Shown here: positions 46,110 through 57,591 of the stretch, in pieces
Position numbering within the stretch: position 1 is the stretch's first letter
Layout: each line of letters begins with the position of its first letter
Assembly (NCBI GenBank): GCA_031286995.1
Contig: JAITTS010000097.1
Location: 1 to 60,360 of the forward strand
DNA length: 60,360 nucleotides
Source: Oscillospiraceae bacterium
GTDB lineage: Bacteria; Bacillota; Clostridia; Christensenellales; Aristaeellaceae
Direction of reading: 5' to 3'
The notes under the pieces: model-generated
What the model was told of the DNA's origin: nothing
Databases searched by the model: none
Seen by the model: the letters and a program-made list of their open reading frames with translations, nothing else
Made by a program: the position numbers and the translations under genes

Positions 46110-47816
46110 ATGGCGCTGACGGGCGCGGATATCTTGATGGAGTGCTTGCTGGAACAGGGCGTGGATACGGTGTTCGGCTATCCGGGCGGGCAGGTGCTGC
46201 CCTTGTACGATGCGCTGTACAAGTACCGGGGCAGGTTGCGCCACATCCTCACATCCCACGAGCAGCACGCGGGCCACGCGGCGGACGGCTACGCCAGGGC
46301 CAGCGGCAAGCCGGGGGTGTGCCTGGCCACATCCGGCCCCGGCGCTACCAACCTGGTGACGGCCATTGCCACCGCTTACATGGATAGCGTGCCCGTGGTG
46401 TTCATCACAGGCAACGTGCCGCAGACCCTCATCGGTACCGATTCGTTTCAAGAGGCGGATATATCCGGCATTACGCTCAGCGTCACCAAGCATAACACCG
46501 TGGTCAGCGATGTGCGCAGGCTGGCCTCTACGCTGCGCGAAGCGTTCTTCATCGCATCCAGCGGGCGACCGGGGCCGGTACTGGTGGATATTCCAAAGGA
46601 TGTGCAGACGACCGCCTGTGAGTACACCCCCGCCGCAGGGCTGGACTTGATACCCGACTACCCGCCGGATCACCCCGCCCTGCAGCTTAGACCCAAGGGC
46701 GAGCAGCTGGATCAGTACCGCGCCCGCGTCGCCCCCTACCTGGCCCGCGCCGCCGCGCTGATAGGGCAGGCCGAACGGCCCTTGCTGTACCTGGGCGGCG
46801 GTGTGGTCAATTCCGGCGCGACGCTGACTGTGCAAGAACTGGCGGATAAGATGGATGCGCCCGTGGTGTCATCCCTGATGGGTTTGGGCGCTTACGACCC
46901 GGGCACGCCCCGTTACCTGGGCCTGCTGGGCATGCACGGCTCGCACGCGGCCAATACCGCCATGCAGGAGTGCGACCTGCTGCTGGCCGTGGGCATTCGT
47001 TTTTCGGATAGGGCCCTGGGCAACGCCAAGACCTTCGCGCCCAATGCCCGCATCATCCACATTGATATCGACCGAGCCGAGATCAACAAGAACATCAACA
47101 CCATGCTGCACATCACCGGTGATGCGCGCGTGGCTGTAGGCCTGCTGAACGAGCGCCTGGGTGAGCAGCGGCACTTTGCGTGGAATCAGCGCATTTTCTC
47201 CCTGCGGGATACCTTCCCGGAGGATGAGCGGTTCTCACCCCGCAACATCCTGCGGGCCATGCACAGAGTGAGCGGCGGTAGCCTGACCGTGGCCACGGAT
47301 GTAGGTCAACACCAGATGTGGACAGCCCAGCACTTTCCTTTCAATCGGGCGCGGCAGTTCATCACCAGCGGTGGGCTGGGCACCATGGGCTTTGGCCTGG
47401 GCGCGGCCATGGGCGCACGGCTATCCACCAAGCGGCCCGTGGCCCTGGTGACGGGGGACGGATCCTTCCGCATGAACCTGACGGAGCTATCCACCCTGGC
47501 GCGCTACGATATCCCTGTGGTGATCGTGCTGATGAACAATGGCACCCTGGGCATGGTGCGCCAGTGGCAGACCCTGTTTTTCGACAAACACTACTCCAAC
47601 ACCGACCTGGACAGAGGCCCGGATTTTATGAAGCTGGCCGACGCCTACGGCTTACAGGGCTGGCGGGTGGATGCCCTGGCAGATTTTCAGGCCGCCTTTC
47701 GTCAGGCGCTGGCCGGCGGCAGGCCGTGCTTGGTGGAGTGCCTGCTGCACATCGACGAGATGGTGACGCCCATGGTGGCCCCCGGCCGCCCCATCAACGA
47801 ATTTTGTCTGGATTGA
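46110..47816 (+). CDS. ilvB: Acetolactate synthase large subunit (biosynthetic type)
   Basis: MALTGADILMECLLEQGVDTVFGYPGG...; the ThDP motif is GGLGTMGFGLGAAMGA...GDGSFRMN. I trimmed the start to ATG 46110, after a GGAGGGGGAAAG RBS. The track ORF reads through the leader. Confidence 0.95.
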   Translation: MALTGADILMECLLEQGVDTVFGYPGGQVLPLYDALYKYRGRLRHILTSHEQHAGHAADGYARASGKPGVCLATSGPGATNLVTAIATAYMDSVPVVFITGNVPQTLIGTDSFQEADISGITLSVTKHNTVVSDVRRLASTLREAFFIASSGRPGPVLVDIPKDVQTTACEYTPAAGLDLIPDYPPDHPALQLRPKGEQLDQYRARVAPYLARAAALIGQAERPLLYLGGGVVNSGATLTVQELADKMDAPVVSSLMGLGAYDPGTPRYLGLLGMHGSHAANTAMQECDLLLAVGIRFSDRALGNAKTFAPNARIIHIDIDRAEINKNINTMLHITGDARVAVGLLNERLGEQRHFAWNQRIFSLRDTFPEDERFSPRNILRAMHRVSGGSLTVATDVGQHQMWTAQHFPFNRARQFITSGGLGTMGFGLGAAMGARLSTKRPVALVTGDGSFRMNLTELSTLARYDIPVVIVLMNNGTLGMVRQWQTLFFDKHYSNTDLDRGPDFMKLADAYGLQGWRVDALADFQAAFRQALAGGRPCLVECLLHIDEMVTPMVAPGRPINEFCLD

Positions 47817-47837
47817 CGCAGAGGAGGACCGCCCACG

Positions 47838-49489
<1,652 letters not shown>

Positions 49490-49561
49490 CGCGGGCAATG
49501 GTTTGCCGCCCGCCGCAGGATCAATCCGGCAAAGCCGATATGGAACGAGGAGGCCACAGAC

Positions 49562-51223
49562 ATGCGCCCCAGCGACGCCGTAAAGACCGGCCCGGAGAAA
49601 GCGCCCCACCGATCGCTGTGGAAGGCGTTGGGCCTGACCGATGAGGAATTGGCGCGTCCGCTGATCGGGGTGATCAGCGCGGCGTCGGAATGCGTGCCGG
49701 GCCACGCCCACTTGGGCACATTGGCCCAGGCCGTAAAGGATGGCGTGCGCATGGCGGGGGGCACCCCGGTGCTCATGCCCGCCATCGGCGTGTGCGACGG
49801 CATCGCCATGGGGCACGAGGGCATGCGCTACTCGCTGGCCTCGCGCGAGCTTATCGCCGATTGCTGTGAGGTGATGGCGCGCGCCCACGCGCTGGATGCC
49901 CTGGTTTTTTTACCCAATTGCGACAAGATCGTGCCTGGCATGCTGATGGCCGCGGTGCGGCTGAACCTGCCCGCCATCTTCGTATCCGGCGGACCTATGC
50001 TCACCGGCGAGCGCGGCGGTGAGCAGTTGGATCTGAACAGCGTGTTTGAGGCCGTGGGCGCTTACAAGGCGGGCAGAATAGACGAGGCGGAGTTGAGTGC
50101 CATAGAGACCGCCGCCTGCCCCGGCTGCGGCTCTTGTGCGGGCATGTTCACCGCCAATTCCATGAACTGCCTCACCGAGGCCCTTGGCATGGCGCTGCCC
50201 GGCAACGGCACCATCCCCGCAGTGGATGCAGCCCGGGTGCGCCTGGCCAAGCTGACCGGCATGCGCGCCGTAGCCATGCTGCAAGAGGGTCTGACCCCGG
50301 ATAAGCTGGTGACCCGCGACGCCGTGGCCAACGCCCTGGCGCTGGATATGGCGCTGGGCTGCTCCACCAACTCCGTGCTGCACCTGGCGGCCATAGCCCA
50401 CGAGGCTGGGGTTGCCTTTGATTTGGATACCGTTAACCGCGCCGGCGCCAAGGTGCCCAATCTGTGCCGTCTGGCCCCCGCAGGATCCCATCACGTGCAG
50501 GATCTGCACCGGGCCGGGGGTGTGCAGGCGGTGCTGCGCGAACTGCTGGGCCACGGCCTGTTAAACGAGGAGGCGCTGACCTGTTCCGGCGAGACCCTGA
50601 AGGCCCAGGCGGCCCGGGCGCGCGTCGACGACAGGCGGGTGATTCGGCCCTTTGACGAACCCTATGCGCCCACCGGCGGGCTGATGATTCTGCGGGGTAA
50701 CCTGGCCCCGGATGGCGCGGTGGTCAAGCGATCCGCCGTGGCTGCGGATATGCTGCGCCATAGCGGCCCCGCCCGCGTGTTTGATGGGGAGCAGCAGGCC
50801 GTTGAGGCCATTTACGGCGGGCAGATCCGCCCTGGCGACGTGGTGGTGATCCGCTATGAAGGCCCGCGCGGAGGCCCCGGCATGCGCGAAATGCTCTCGC
50901 CTACATCCGCCATCTGCGGCATGAACCTGGATACGAGTGTCGCGCTCATCACGGATGGTCGCTTCTCCGGCGCCACGCGCGGAGCGGCCCTGGGACATGT
51001 GTCGCCGGAGGCGGCATCCGGCGGCCCCATCGCCCTTGTGCAAGAGGGGGATATCATCGATATAGATATCCCCGGCGGTAGCCTGCAATTGCGGGTGGAT
51101 GCGCAGACCCTGACTGAGCGGCAGAAAGTTTGGCAGGCGCCTCAGCCCCGCGCGGTAAAGGGATACTTGGCCCGCTATGCGCGGATGGTCACTTCCGCCA
51201 GTCGGGGGGCCGTTGTGGAGTAG
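49562..51223 (+). CDS. ilvD: Dihydroxy-acid dehydratase
   Basis: [29 protein letters not shown]...[12 protein letters not shown]...TDGRFSG. Confidence 0.97.
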   Translation: MRPSDAVKTGPEKAPHRSLWKALGLTDEELARPLIGVISAASECVPGHAHLGTLAQAVKDGVRMAGGTPVLMPAIGVCDGIAMGHEGMRYSLASRELIADCCEVMARAHALDALVFLPNCDKIVPGMLMAAVRLNLPAIFVSGGPMLTGERGGEQLDLNSVFEAVGAYKAGRIDEAELSAIETAACPGCGSCAGMFTANSMNCLTEALGMALPGNGTIPAVDAARVRLAKLTGMRAVAMLQEGLTPDKLVTRDAVANALALDMALGCSTNSVLHLAAIAHEAGVAFDLDTVNRAGAKVPNLCRLAPAGSHHVQDLHRAGGVQAVLRELLGHGLLNEEALTCSGETLKAQAARARVDDRRVIRPFDEPYAPTGGLMILRGNLAPDGAVVKRSAVAADMLRHSGPARVFDGEQQAVEAIYGGQIRPGDVVVIRYEGPRGGPGMREMLSPTSAICGMNLDTSVALITDGRFSGATRGAALGHVSPEAASGGPIALVQEGDIIDIDIPGGSLQLRVDAQTLTERQKVWQAPQPRAVKGYLARYARMVTSASRGAVVE

Positions 51224-51247
51224 ACGGGCAGTTATCTTCGGCAGCGC

Positions 51248-51284
51248 AAATAAAATAGGCAGCCCCGGCCGGGGCTGCCTTTGT
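51248..51284. terminator. Bidirectional intrinsic terminator between ilvD and the convergent LysM gene
   Basis: A perfect palindrome AGGCAGCCCC-GGCC-GGGGCTGCCT, flanked by aaataaaat on one side and ttgt on the other. Confidence 0.7.
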
Positions 51285-51302
51285 GCAGGGAGAACATCTC
51301 CG

Positions 51303-52829
51303 CTAGCCGCGCTGATAGACGAGGATGGCGCGGTCGGCCCGAGGCTGCTCCAACCCCGGATTGATGCGCAGTAGCGCGGCCTCATCCACGCGATAACGAT
51401 GTGCCACATCCCACAGAGTTTCACCGGACTGGGCGTAGTAGAGCACCATGCCGCCGGGGCGCGTTTCGGCGGGAGGATGTAGGGCGGCATCCATCACCAC
51501 GGGCACGGGTTGGGTGATGAGCGCCGCGCCGGTCAACTGCATCAGGTAGCGCACCTCTACCCGGTCGGATGTGATGCCCACGGCCTCTACTTCCAGGGGA
51601 GTGAGGGCCAGCATGGCATCTTGCGGCAGGTTGCAGGGGAAGGTGAGGGTGAACGCCTCCTCTTTCTGCACGCTGGTGGGCTGATCGGATTCCTGCGGCA
51701 GGTAGAGCACGGTAACAGCCAATGCGCCTTCCACGGTCATACGGCCGCCGATGCGTTCGCGTGCGGCCACGGTGGGGTGCACAAAGGCAGCCAGCACCGT
51801 GCCGATGGGCGCGCTTTTCTCCGGCAACACCATCATCAGTTTGCCCGATTCCCGGGCCACGGCGTAAGCGTTCTGCGCGTGCAGGGGCATCACCTGGGTT
51901 TGCAGCGCCACATCCTGTCCGGATAGGGTGTAAGCATCCATCAGCAGGGTCTGCCGCTCTTGTTGAGCGGCGGTGACGCGCATGCCCAGCACCACCTCCG
52001 CGCGCAGGGCGCGCCGCCCTTCCCCCGCATCCATAGAGCTGACCATCACATCCCGCACGATGGGTATGGCTTGCAGGCTTTGCCCTTGGATACCGGCCAG
52101 ATCTACCGCCTGCTCAAAATCCATGGTGTGGTGGGTGACGATCAGCGGCAAGTCGGGCAGGCTGCCCGCATGGTACACATCCAGCAGCACGCTGCCTGTC
52201 ACCTCGGCCCGGCCTTCGCCCCCCGCCACATCGCTGACCTGGGGTGTGGCGCGGGCGTAAAGCGTCTCCACCACACCCAAAGCGGTGGGCAACTCGTATT
52301 CTTCCCGCAGCAGGGTCTCAGATTGGCCCTCGCCCACAGTGCGGCACAGGGTTACATCTTGGGCGCGGGTGCGCAGGGCATCCAGCCCGGTCAAATCACG
52401 CACGGCGGATATCGGCATAGCACTGAGCACCTGTGCACCTAAACCAATCACCGCGCGCAACAGCAGGCGCCCGCCGCTGGCCTGGGCGGTTGTCTCCAGT
52501 ACCTCGCCGGTCAGGCCGGCTTGCATGCGGGGCGTCACATCCGGCAAATCCATCTGGTGAGAAAAATCGCACGCGGCCTCCAGCGTTTGGATGCGAGTGG
52601 GGTCACCCTGGGTGTAGAGCACGTGAAAGACCACCTGCCCATCCATGCCCAGGCGATCCACCTGGGTTTCTGCTGCGCCGATGGTGATCTGCGCGTCTGT
52701 GTGCAGGATGCGGGCGGCGTCGCGCATGCTGCCGGGCAGCGCCACTTCTCCCTCTACCACCGCCTGCTCCTGCGCAGAGGCTATCAGTCGCTCTGCCTCC
52801 ACGCTTTCGCGTAGAATCTTCATATCCAT
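51303..52829 (-). CDS. DUF3794-like repeat protein with a C-terminal LysM domain (SpoVID-like architecture)
   Basis: The C-terminal YYAQSGETLWDVAHRYRVDEAALLRINPG is a LysM domain. The N-terminal ~440 aa is a beta-rich repeat region resembling DUF3794. The start is ambiguous: ATG 52829 lies 7 nt after GGAGGGGA, while the track start is 52847. Confidence 0.65.
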   Translation of the reverse strand: MDMKILRESVEAERLIASAQEQAVVEGEVALPGSMRDAARILHTDAQITIGAAETQVDRLGMDGQVVFHVLYTQGDPTRIQTLEAACDFSHQMDLPDVTPRMQAGLTGEVLETTAQASGGRLLLRAVIGLGAQVLSAMPISAVRDLTGLDALRTRAQDVTLCRTVGEGQSETLLREEYELPTALGVVETLYARATPQVSDVAGGEGRAEVTGSVLLDVYHAGSLPDLPLIVTHHTMDFEQAVDLAGIQGQSLQAIPIVRDVMVSSMDAGEGRRALRAEVVLGMRVTAAQQERQTLLMDAYTLSGQDVALQTQVMPLHAQNAYAVARESGKLMMVLPEKSAPIGTVLAAFVHPTVAARERIGGRMTVEGALAVTVLYLPQESDQPTSVQKEEAFTLTFPCNLPQDAMLALTPLEVEAVGITSDRVEVRYLMQLTGAALITQPVPVVMDAALHPPAETRPGGMVLYYAQSGETLWDVAHRYRVDEAALLRINPGLEQPRADRAILVYQRG

Positions 52830-52897
52830 CCAGATGTCCCCTCCCATGATGCTATTTGCCTGTACACCCTATGCCGGGAGGGGGACGGATATACCCG

Positions 52898-53674
52898 CTA
52901 AGCGCTTCTCTCCAGCGTCAGCTTATCGGCCATCAGGGCAACAAATTCGCCGTTGCTGGGCTTATCGTTCAGCGAGCACACGTTGGGCCCGAAGATTTGG
53001 TTCATCACCTCAATGCGGCCCCGGTTCCAGGCGACCTCTATGGCGTGGCGGATGGCCCTTTCTACCTTGCTGGATGTGGTATCAAAGCGGCGGGCCACGC
53101 CGGGATACAGCTCTTTGGTGATGCGGTTGATCATCTCCGGGTGCTCCATCACCATTTTTACCGCCTCGCGCAAAAATTGGTAGCCCTTGATGTGGGCCGG
53201 TATGCCGATGGTGAGAAAGAGTCCGGCAATGCGCTCATCCAGCGAGTGGGGGGTTGCGGGCAGGCCGATGTTTTGGGGCACATCCGGCTTGGCTTGCCCT
53301 CGGCCGGCCAATTCCAGCACGCGCTGGTACAGTACGGCAAAATCGAAAGGCTTGACCATGTAGTAGCTAACCCCAAGCTCTATCGCGCGGCTGATAAAAT
53401 CATCGCGCCCCAAAGCGGTCAGTGCGATCACGTGCGGCAGCTGTGGCAGGTTGATGTGGCCCATTTGCTCCAGCAGTGTGTAACCATCCATCTTGGGCAT
53501 GATGATATCCAGCAGCATCACGTCCGGGTTCTTTTCGGCCAGCAGGTAAAGCGCTTCCTCGCCGTTGGCGGCCTGGCCTACCACCACCACATCCGGCTGC
53601 TGCCCCAGGTATTTGGTCACCATATTGCGCAGCTCTGCGTTGTCATCCACAATGATCACTTTGATCGGTTCCAT
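52898..53674 (-). CDS. spo0A: Sporulation master response regulator Spo0A
   Basis: The receiver domain is KVIIVDDN...DVMLLDIIMPKMDG. The Spo0A-specific C-terminal domain is IGIPAHIKGYQFLREAV...ITKELYPGVARRFDTTSSKVERAIRHAIEVAW. Confidence 0.96.
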   Translation of the reverse strand: MEPIKVIIVDDNAELRNMVTKYLGQQPDVVVVGQAANGEEALYLLAEKNPDVMLLDIIMPKMDGYTLLEQMGHINLPQLPHVIALTALGRDDFISRAIELGVSYYMVKPFDFAVLYQRVLELAGRGQAKPDVPQNIGLPATPHSLDERIAGLFLTIGIPAHIKGYQFLREAVKMVMEHPEMINRITKELYPGVARRFDTTSSKVERAIRHAIEVAWNRGRIEVMNQIFGPNVCSLNDKPSNGEFVALMADKLTLERSA

Positions 53675-53760
53675 CTCATTCCCTGCCTTTCTGTTTTCGC
53701 GTGTTTAGGGTGCCATGTATTACAGTTTTCGTGCTGATTTTTTTGCGCCACCTACCTTTC

Positions 53761-53777
53761 TGTCGAAGATTGTCGAG
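53761..53777 (+). promoter_or_regulatory. Two tandem Spo0A boxes in the spo0A upstream region
   Basis: TGTCGAA (53761-53767) and TGTCGAG (53771-53777) are 10 bp apart, 90-100 bp upstream of the spo0A start. The 0A-box consensus is TGTCGAA. Confidence 0.55.
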
Positions 53778-53814
53778 ATTTGTTATATATGTTATAAAAT
53801 AATCATCATAGTGT

Positions 53815-53842
53815 ATTGTAACACAAATTCCGCATTTGACAA
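53815..53842 (-). promoter_or_regulatory. Sigma-A-type promoter upstream of spo0A
   Basis: The minus strand reads TTGTCA, a 16-nt spacer, then TACAAT, with TGT immediately 5' of the -10 (extended -10-like). Confidence 0.45.
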
Positions 53843-53865
53843 GACCTATTTTTTAAAAAATTTAA

Positions 53866-53900
53866 CATAAAAAACAGTACCCGCGCGATAGGTGCGGGCG
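53866..53900 (-). terminator. Candidate minus-strand intrinsic terminator insulating spo0A from glpK read-through
   Basis: The minus strand reads CCCGC-acctatcgc-GCGGG followed by tactgtttttta. Confidence 0.45.
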
Positions 53901-54149
53901 GATACGAATCTCCGTTTAAAAGCGCACGAATCTCGCTCGCCTTTCTGCCCCTCGCGCCGTCTCGTCCATTCAGCGTAGCGCTGCTGCGCGAGCAACAAAA
54001 ATGCTTTGCGATCTTAGCGTGTTTTTAAACTGCGATTGGTATGACTGCGATTTTGTATGGCTCTGGGAGAACGCACGGAAGAACAAGCAGGCGCCAACGG
54101 CCTTTATGGAAAAGCAACCGCAGCCGGTGGGCGGGCAGCGCTTGCGCGT

Positions 54150-55640
54150 TCAGCCTTCTATCCAGCCCCTGCTGCGAGCCACGGCCCTGGTCCAACCGTG
54201 GGCGTTGGCCTGCCGCCGGGCGGCATCCATGCGCGGGGGCAGGTGCACATCTGGTTGCCATACCCCGGCCAAGGCATCCATATCCGGCCATACGCCCACA
54301 GCCAGCCCGGCCAGCAGGGCCGCACCCAGCGCCGTGGTCTCAATGACGCGGGGGCGCAGCACGGGGATACCCAGCATATCCGCCTGAAACTGTAGCAGAA
54401 AGCCGTTGGCGCTGGCGCCGCCATCCACGCGCAATTGCGGCGGGTGCACGCCGGAATCCTGCGCCATGGCGCGCAGCAGATCCGCTGATTGGTAGGCGAT
54501 GGCCTCCAGCGCGGCGCGCGCTACGTGGGCCCGGCCCGTGCCGCGGGTAAGGCCCAGCAGCGTGCCTCTGGCGTACATATCCCAGTAGGGCGCGCCCAGG
54601 CCGGTAAAGGCCGGCACCAGGTACACGCCTCCATTATCCGGTATGGATGAGGCCAGGGCCTCGCTATCCGCCGCGCACTGTATGATCCCCATCTCGTCCC
54701 GTAGCCACTGCAGCGCGGCCCCGGCCACAAACACGCTGCCCTCCAGCGCGTAGGCGGTCTTGCCCGCGATGCGCCAGGCCACGGTGGATAGGAGCCCGTT
54801 TTCGGATGTCACAGGCTGTTCGCCCGTGTGCATCAGCAAAAAGCAACCCGTTCCGTAGGTGTTTTTGACCATGCCAGGGCTGTGGCAGGCTTGGCCGAAC
54901 AGGGCGGCCTGCTGGTCACCTGCCATGGCGGCTAAGGGAATAGGGCGGCCTAGGATGGCCGCATCCAGGTCGCCCACCACGCCTGCAGTATCCACCACCC
55001 GCGGCAGCACGGCCCTGGGGATATCCAGGGCATCGAGCAGGGTGTCATCCCAATCCAGGGTGTGGATGTTGAGCAGCATGGTGCGGCTGGCGTTGGATAC
55101 ATCCGTCACGTGCGGGCGGCCTGCCACCATGTGCCAGGCCAGCCAGGTATCCACTGTGCCAAAGCATAGCTCGCCCGCCCGTGCCCTTTCGCGCAGATGC
55201 AGGGTATCAAGCAGCCAGGCGAGCTTGGTGGCGGAGAAGTAGGCATCCGGTATTAGGCCGGTGGTCTGGCGGATGTGCGAATCCAGCCCCATGGCACGCA
55301 GTTTTTCTACATAGGGCGCGCTACGGCGGCATTGCCACACAATGGCGTTGTGCACGGGCAGGCCGGTGGACCGATCCCACAGCAGGGTGGTCTCCCGCTG
55401 GTTGGTCAGGCCCACGGCGGCGATCTGCGCGGGGGATACGCCGCTCTGCCGTACGGCCAGGCGCAGGCTCTCCAGCTGGGTATCCAGGATGGCGCGGGGG
55501 TCGTGCTCTACCCAGCCGGGCTGGGGATAGATCTGCGCAAACTCAATGCCGTGCTGGGCCAACATTTTACCCCGGCTATCAAACACCACCGCGCGGGAAC
55601 TGGTTGTGCCTTGATCCATGGCGACCACGCAGCGATCCAT
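54150..55640 (-). CDS. glpK: Glycerol kinase
   Basis: [48 protein letters not shown]... I trimmed the start to ATG 55640, which has an AAGGGGG RBS. Confidence 0.96.
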   Translation of the reverse strand: MDRCVVAMDQGTTSSRAVVFDSRGKMLAQHGIEFAQIYPQPGWVEHDPRAILDTQLESLRLAVRQSGVSPAQIAAVGLTNQRETTLLWDRSTGLPVHNAIVWQCRRSAPYVEKLRAMGLDSHIRQTTGLIPDAYFSATKLAWLLDTLHLRERARAGELCFGTVDTWLAWHMVAGRPHVTDVSNASRTMLLNIHTLDWDDTLLDALDIPRAVLPRVVDTAGVVGDLDAAILGRPIPLAAMAGDQQAALFGQACHSPGMVKNTYGTGCFLLMHTGEQPVTSENGLLSTVAWRIAGKTAYALEGSVFVAGAALQWLRDEMGIIQCAADSEALASSIPDNGGVYLVPAFTGLGAPYWDMYARGTLLGLTRGTGRAHVARAALEAIAYQSADLLRAMAQDSGVHPPQLRVDGGASANGFLLQFQADMLGIPVLRPRVIETTALGAALLAGLAVGVWPDMDALAGVWQPDVHLPPRMDAARRQANAHGWTRAVARSRGWIEG

Positions 55641-55715
55641 GGCAATGCCCCCTTTTTTGTGCAAGGTAGGTATTGCGCCTATTATCGCACAGATGGCCAC
55701 GCCCGTCAAATCAGA

Positions 55716-55743
55716 CGCCAAAACGCACATTTTGGCGCTTTTT
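55716..55743. promoter_or_regulatory. Hairpin in the glpK/SPFH divergent intergenic region; its function and strand are unresolved
   Basis: CGCCAAAA-cgcaca-TTTTGGCG is followed by CTTTTT on the plus strand. It lies in the presumptive glpK leader and upstream of a TTGCGC-17-TATCAT element (55746-55774) that faces the SPFH gene. Confidence 0.3.
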
Positions 55744-55812
55744 GCTTGCGCGAGGGCGTCTGCCGGCGTATCATATGCTCGTACACATATTGATACCATC
55801 AAGGAGGCGCGC

Positions 55813-56688
55813 ATGGGCAAGAAATACATTCCCCTCATTCTCACCGTGGCGGCACTGGGGCTGCTGGCTGTTCTCTTTCTCAACTGCACCACGCAGGTGC
55901 CCACGGGCTACACTGGCATCCTGACCACATTCGGCAAGGTAGAAGGTGTCACGCTGGAGGCGGGCTTTCACTTCAGGAGCCCCTTTCAAAAGATAATCCT
56001 GATGGATAACCGTGAACAGAAGCGCACCTTTACCACCCAGGCATTCTCCTCGGATATTCAGCAAGTAGATATCCAGGGATCGGTCAATTTTAACATCAAC
56101 AAATCTACCGCCATGACGCTCTTGCGTGAGGTGGGTACGGATTACTTCAATACCCTCATTTTGCCCCGCTTGCTGGAGAACATCAAGGCCGTGTTTTCTA
56201 AGTATTCCGCCGAAAAGCTGATCGCCGCGCGGGATACCCTCTCCCTGCAGGTACGCACGGTGCTCAGCGGCGAAATGGAGCACTACGGCATCAACGTCAT
56301 CAACATTTCATTGGAAGATATTGACTTTACGGATGCCTTCACCAACGCCGTGGAGGAAAAGCAAGTGGCCGAGCAGACCAAACTGCGCGTGGAGACGGAG
56401 CAGGCCCAGCAGACAAGTGTGGCCGAGGCCGAGGCGCGCCGCCGGGTGATCACCGCCGAGGCGGAGCTTTCGGCCGCCCAAAAGCAAGCGGAGGCTGAGG
56501 CTTATGCCATCCGTGCCAAGGCGCAAGCCGAATCCGAGGCCAATCAACTGCTGGCGGGATCCATCACCGCGCCGCTTATTGAGTACGTCAAGTGGTCTGG
56601 CTGGAACGGCCAGTGGCCATCCACCATGGTCAGCGGGGATGCCGCCTTGCCAGTGCTGAACTTGGGAGAGGGCAGCGTTGCGCCCTAG
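55813..56688 (+). CDS. SPFH/Band-7 (prohibitin/HflC-like) membrane protein
   Basis: An N-terminal TM segment is followed by [33 protein letters not shown] and a C-terminal Ala/Glu-rich coiled coil. An AAGGAGG RBS is present. Confidence 0.85.
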   Translation: MGKKYIPLILTVAALGLLAVLFLNCTTQVPTGYTGILTTFGKVEGVTLEAGFHFRSPFQKIILMDNREQKRTFTTQAFSSDIQQVDIQGSVNFNINKSTAMTLLREVGTDYFNTLILPRLLENIKAVFSKYSAEKLIAARDTLSLQVRTVLSGEMEHYGINVINISLEDIDFTDAFTNAVEEKQVAEQTKLRVETEQAQQTSVAEAEARRRVITAEAELSAAQKQAEAEAYAIRAKAQAESEANQLLAGSITAPLIEYVKWSGWNGQWPSTMVSGDAALPVLNLGEGSVAP

Positions 56689-56716
56689 GTGTTTGAGCAG
56701 TTTGCCAGCGATCTGA

Positions 56717-56748
56717 AAAGGGCAATGATAAGCCATTGCCCTTTTGTT
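56717..56748. terminator. Intrinsic terminator after the SPFH gene
   Basis: AAAGGGCAATG-ataagc-CATTGCCCTTT followed by TGTT. Confidence 0.7.
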
Positions 56749-57077
56749 GCGTCTTTCTGACTGCGCCTTGCCGGTTTACATCCGCCGGCCGGGGCAGCAA
56801 GAGCATGCGAGCGTCTTCCCCAACATGGATGCCGTCGCGGTATGGGCGCGTTTTGCGGCACACAGGGTTCAGGAACGCGCGCCATTCGTCCGGAGAATCC
56901 GAAAAACCAGCATAGATGACCGCGTCGTTGCGCGGAGAGACCATGCAGGCGAAGGTATGGAGGTATGTTGGATATCCGCGCTAATTGTACAAACAACCAA
57001 CTCAAAAAAGCCCCTTTGCAAGTGCAACGCGCTCATTGCTACGCAATGCGATTACGCCACCTTCGCCACGAAGCGCT

Positions 57078-57506
57078 TTAAAAAAACCATTTTTCGCTTA
57101 AAAGGGTTTTGAGCCTATCCATGTTTCCGGCGCCGATTTGTTCGGAAATTTCTTCCTCAAGCAAGCGTTCCATTTTAAGGCATTTCTCCATGCATTGATC
57201 GCCCAACGGCGTAAATTGCACCAGTTTGTCCCGGTTGTTTTCCGGTGAATCAACGATTTGCAGCAGCCCTTTTTTTTGCAACCCCTTGACAAATTTATGC
57301 GCCGCCTGACGGGTGATGTTCGCCAACCGCGCAATTTCAGAAATCGATAAAGCGTGTCCGCTAATGCGGGATAACAGATATCTTTCAGAAGCGGAAATTT
57401 TCTCAAACCCCTCACGGTTCCAGAGCTGTTCGCATCTTTTCCGCACCATGCCATATTTTTCACTCAATAAAATGACCAGACCTGTTTGATGTTCATTTTT
57501 CTGCAT
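57078..57506 (-). CDS. MarR-family transcriptional regulator
   Basis: 142 aa with the winged-helix core LSRISGHALSISEIARLANITRQAAHKFVKGLQKKGLLQIVDSPENNRDKLVQFTPLG. The GC content is visibly lower than in the rest of the window. Confidence 0.85.
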   Translation of the reverse strand: MQKNEHQTGLVILLSEKYGMVRKRCEQLWNREGFEKISASERYLLSRISGHALSISEIARLANITRQAAHKFVKGLQKKGLLQIVDSPENNRDKLVQFTPLGDQCMEKCLKMERLLEEEISEQIGAGNMDRLKTLLSEKWFF

Positions 57507-57528
57507 CTTACCTACCTCCTAAAACGCA

Positions 57529-57591
57529 AGTATACACTGAGCAAGCCTTTTTGTCAATGTGGTTGACATTGTGGCGTCCGCGTGTTATACT
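57529..57591. promoter_or_regulatory. Symmetric divergent promoter pair sharing a palindromic operator
   Basis: The palindrome TGTCAA-tgtgg-TTGACA lies at 57552-57568. The right arm is a -35 TTGACA followed by 17 nt and TATACT (57586-57591) on the plus strand. The left arm is a -35 TTGACA followed by 17 nt and TATACT (57534-57529) on the minus strand. Confidence 0.6.

Noticed and set aside
54001-54387. A 128-aa plus-strand ORF starting in the spacer after glpK (Cys/Trp-rich N-terminus MLCDLSVFLNCDWYDCDFVW).
   Set aside because: Two thirds of it is antisense to the conserved glpK 3' end, and there is no RBS. It is probably spurious. The spacer itself is reported separately as unassigned.
56630-56944. 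A 104-aa minus-strand ORF (MVSPRNDAVIYAGFSDSPDEWRAF...) at the GC-composition boundary.
   Set aside because: It has no SD sequence. It reads through the strong terminator hairpin at 56717-56748 and into the end of the SPFH gene. At most it is a remnant of a disrupted gene, and I cannot assign a family, so I did not call it as a CDS or pseudogene.
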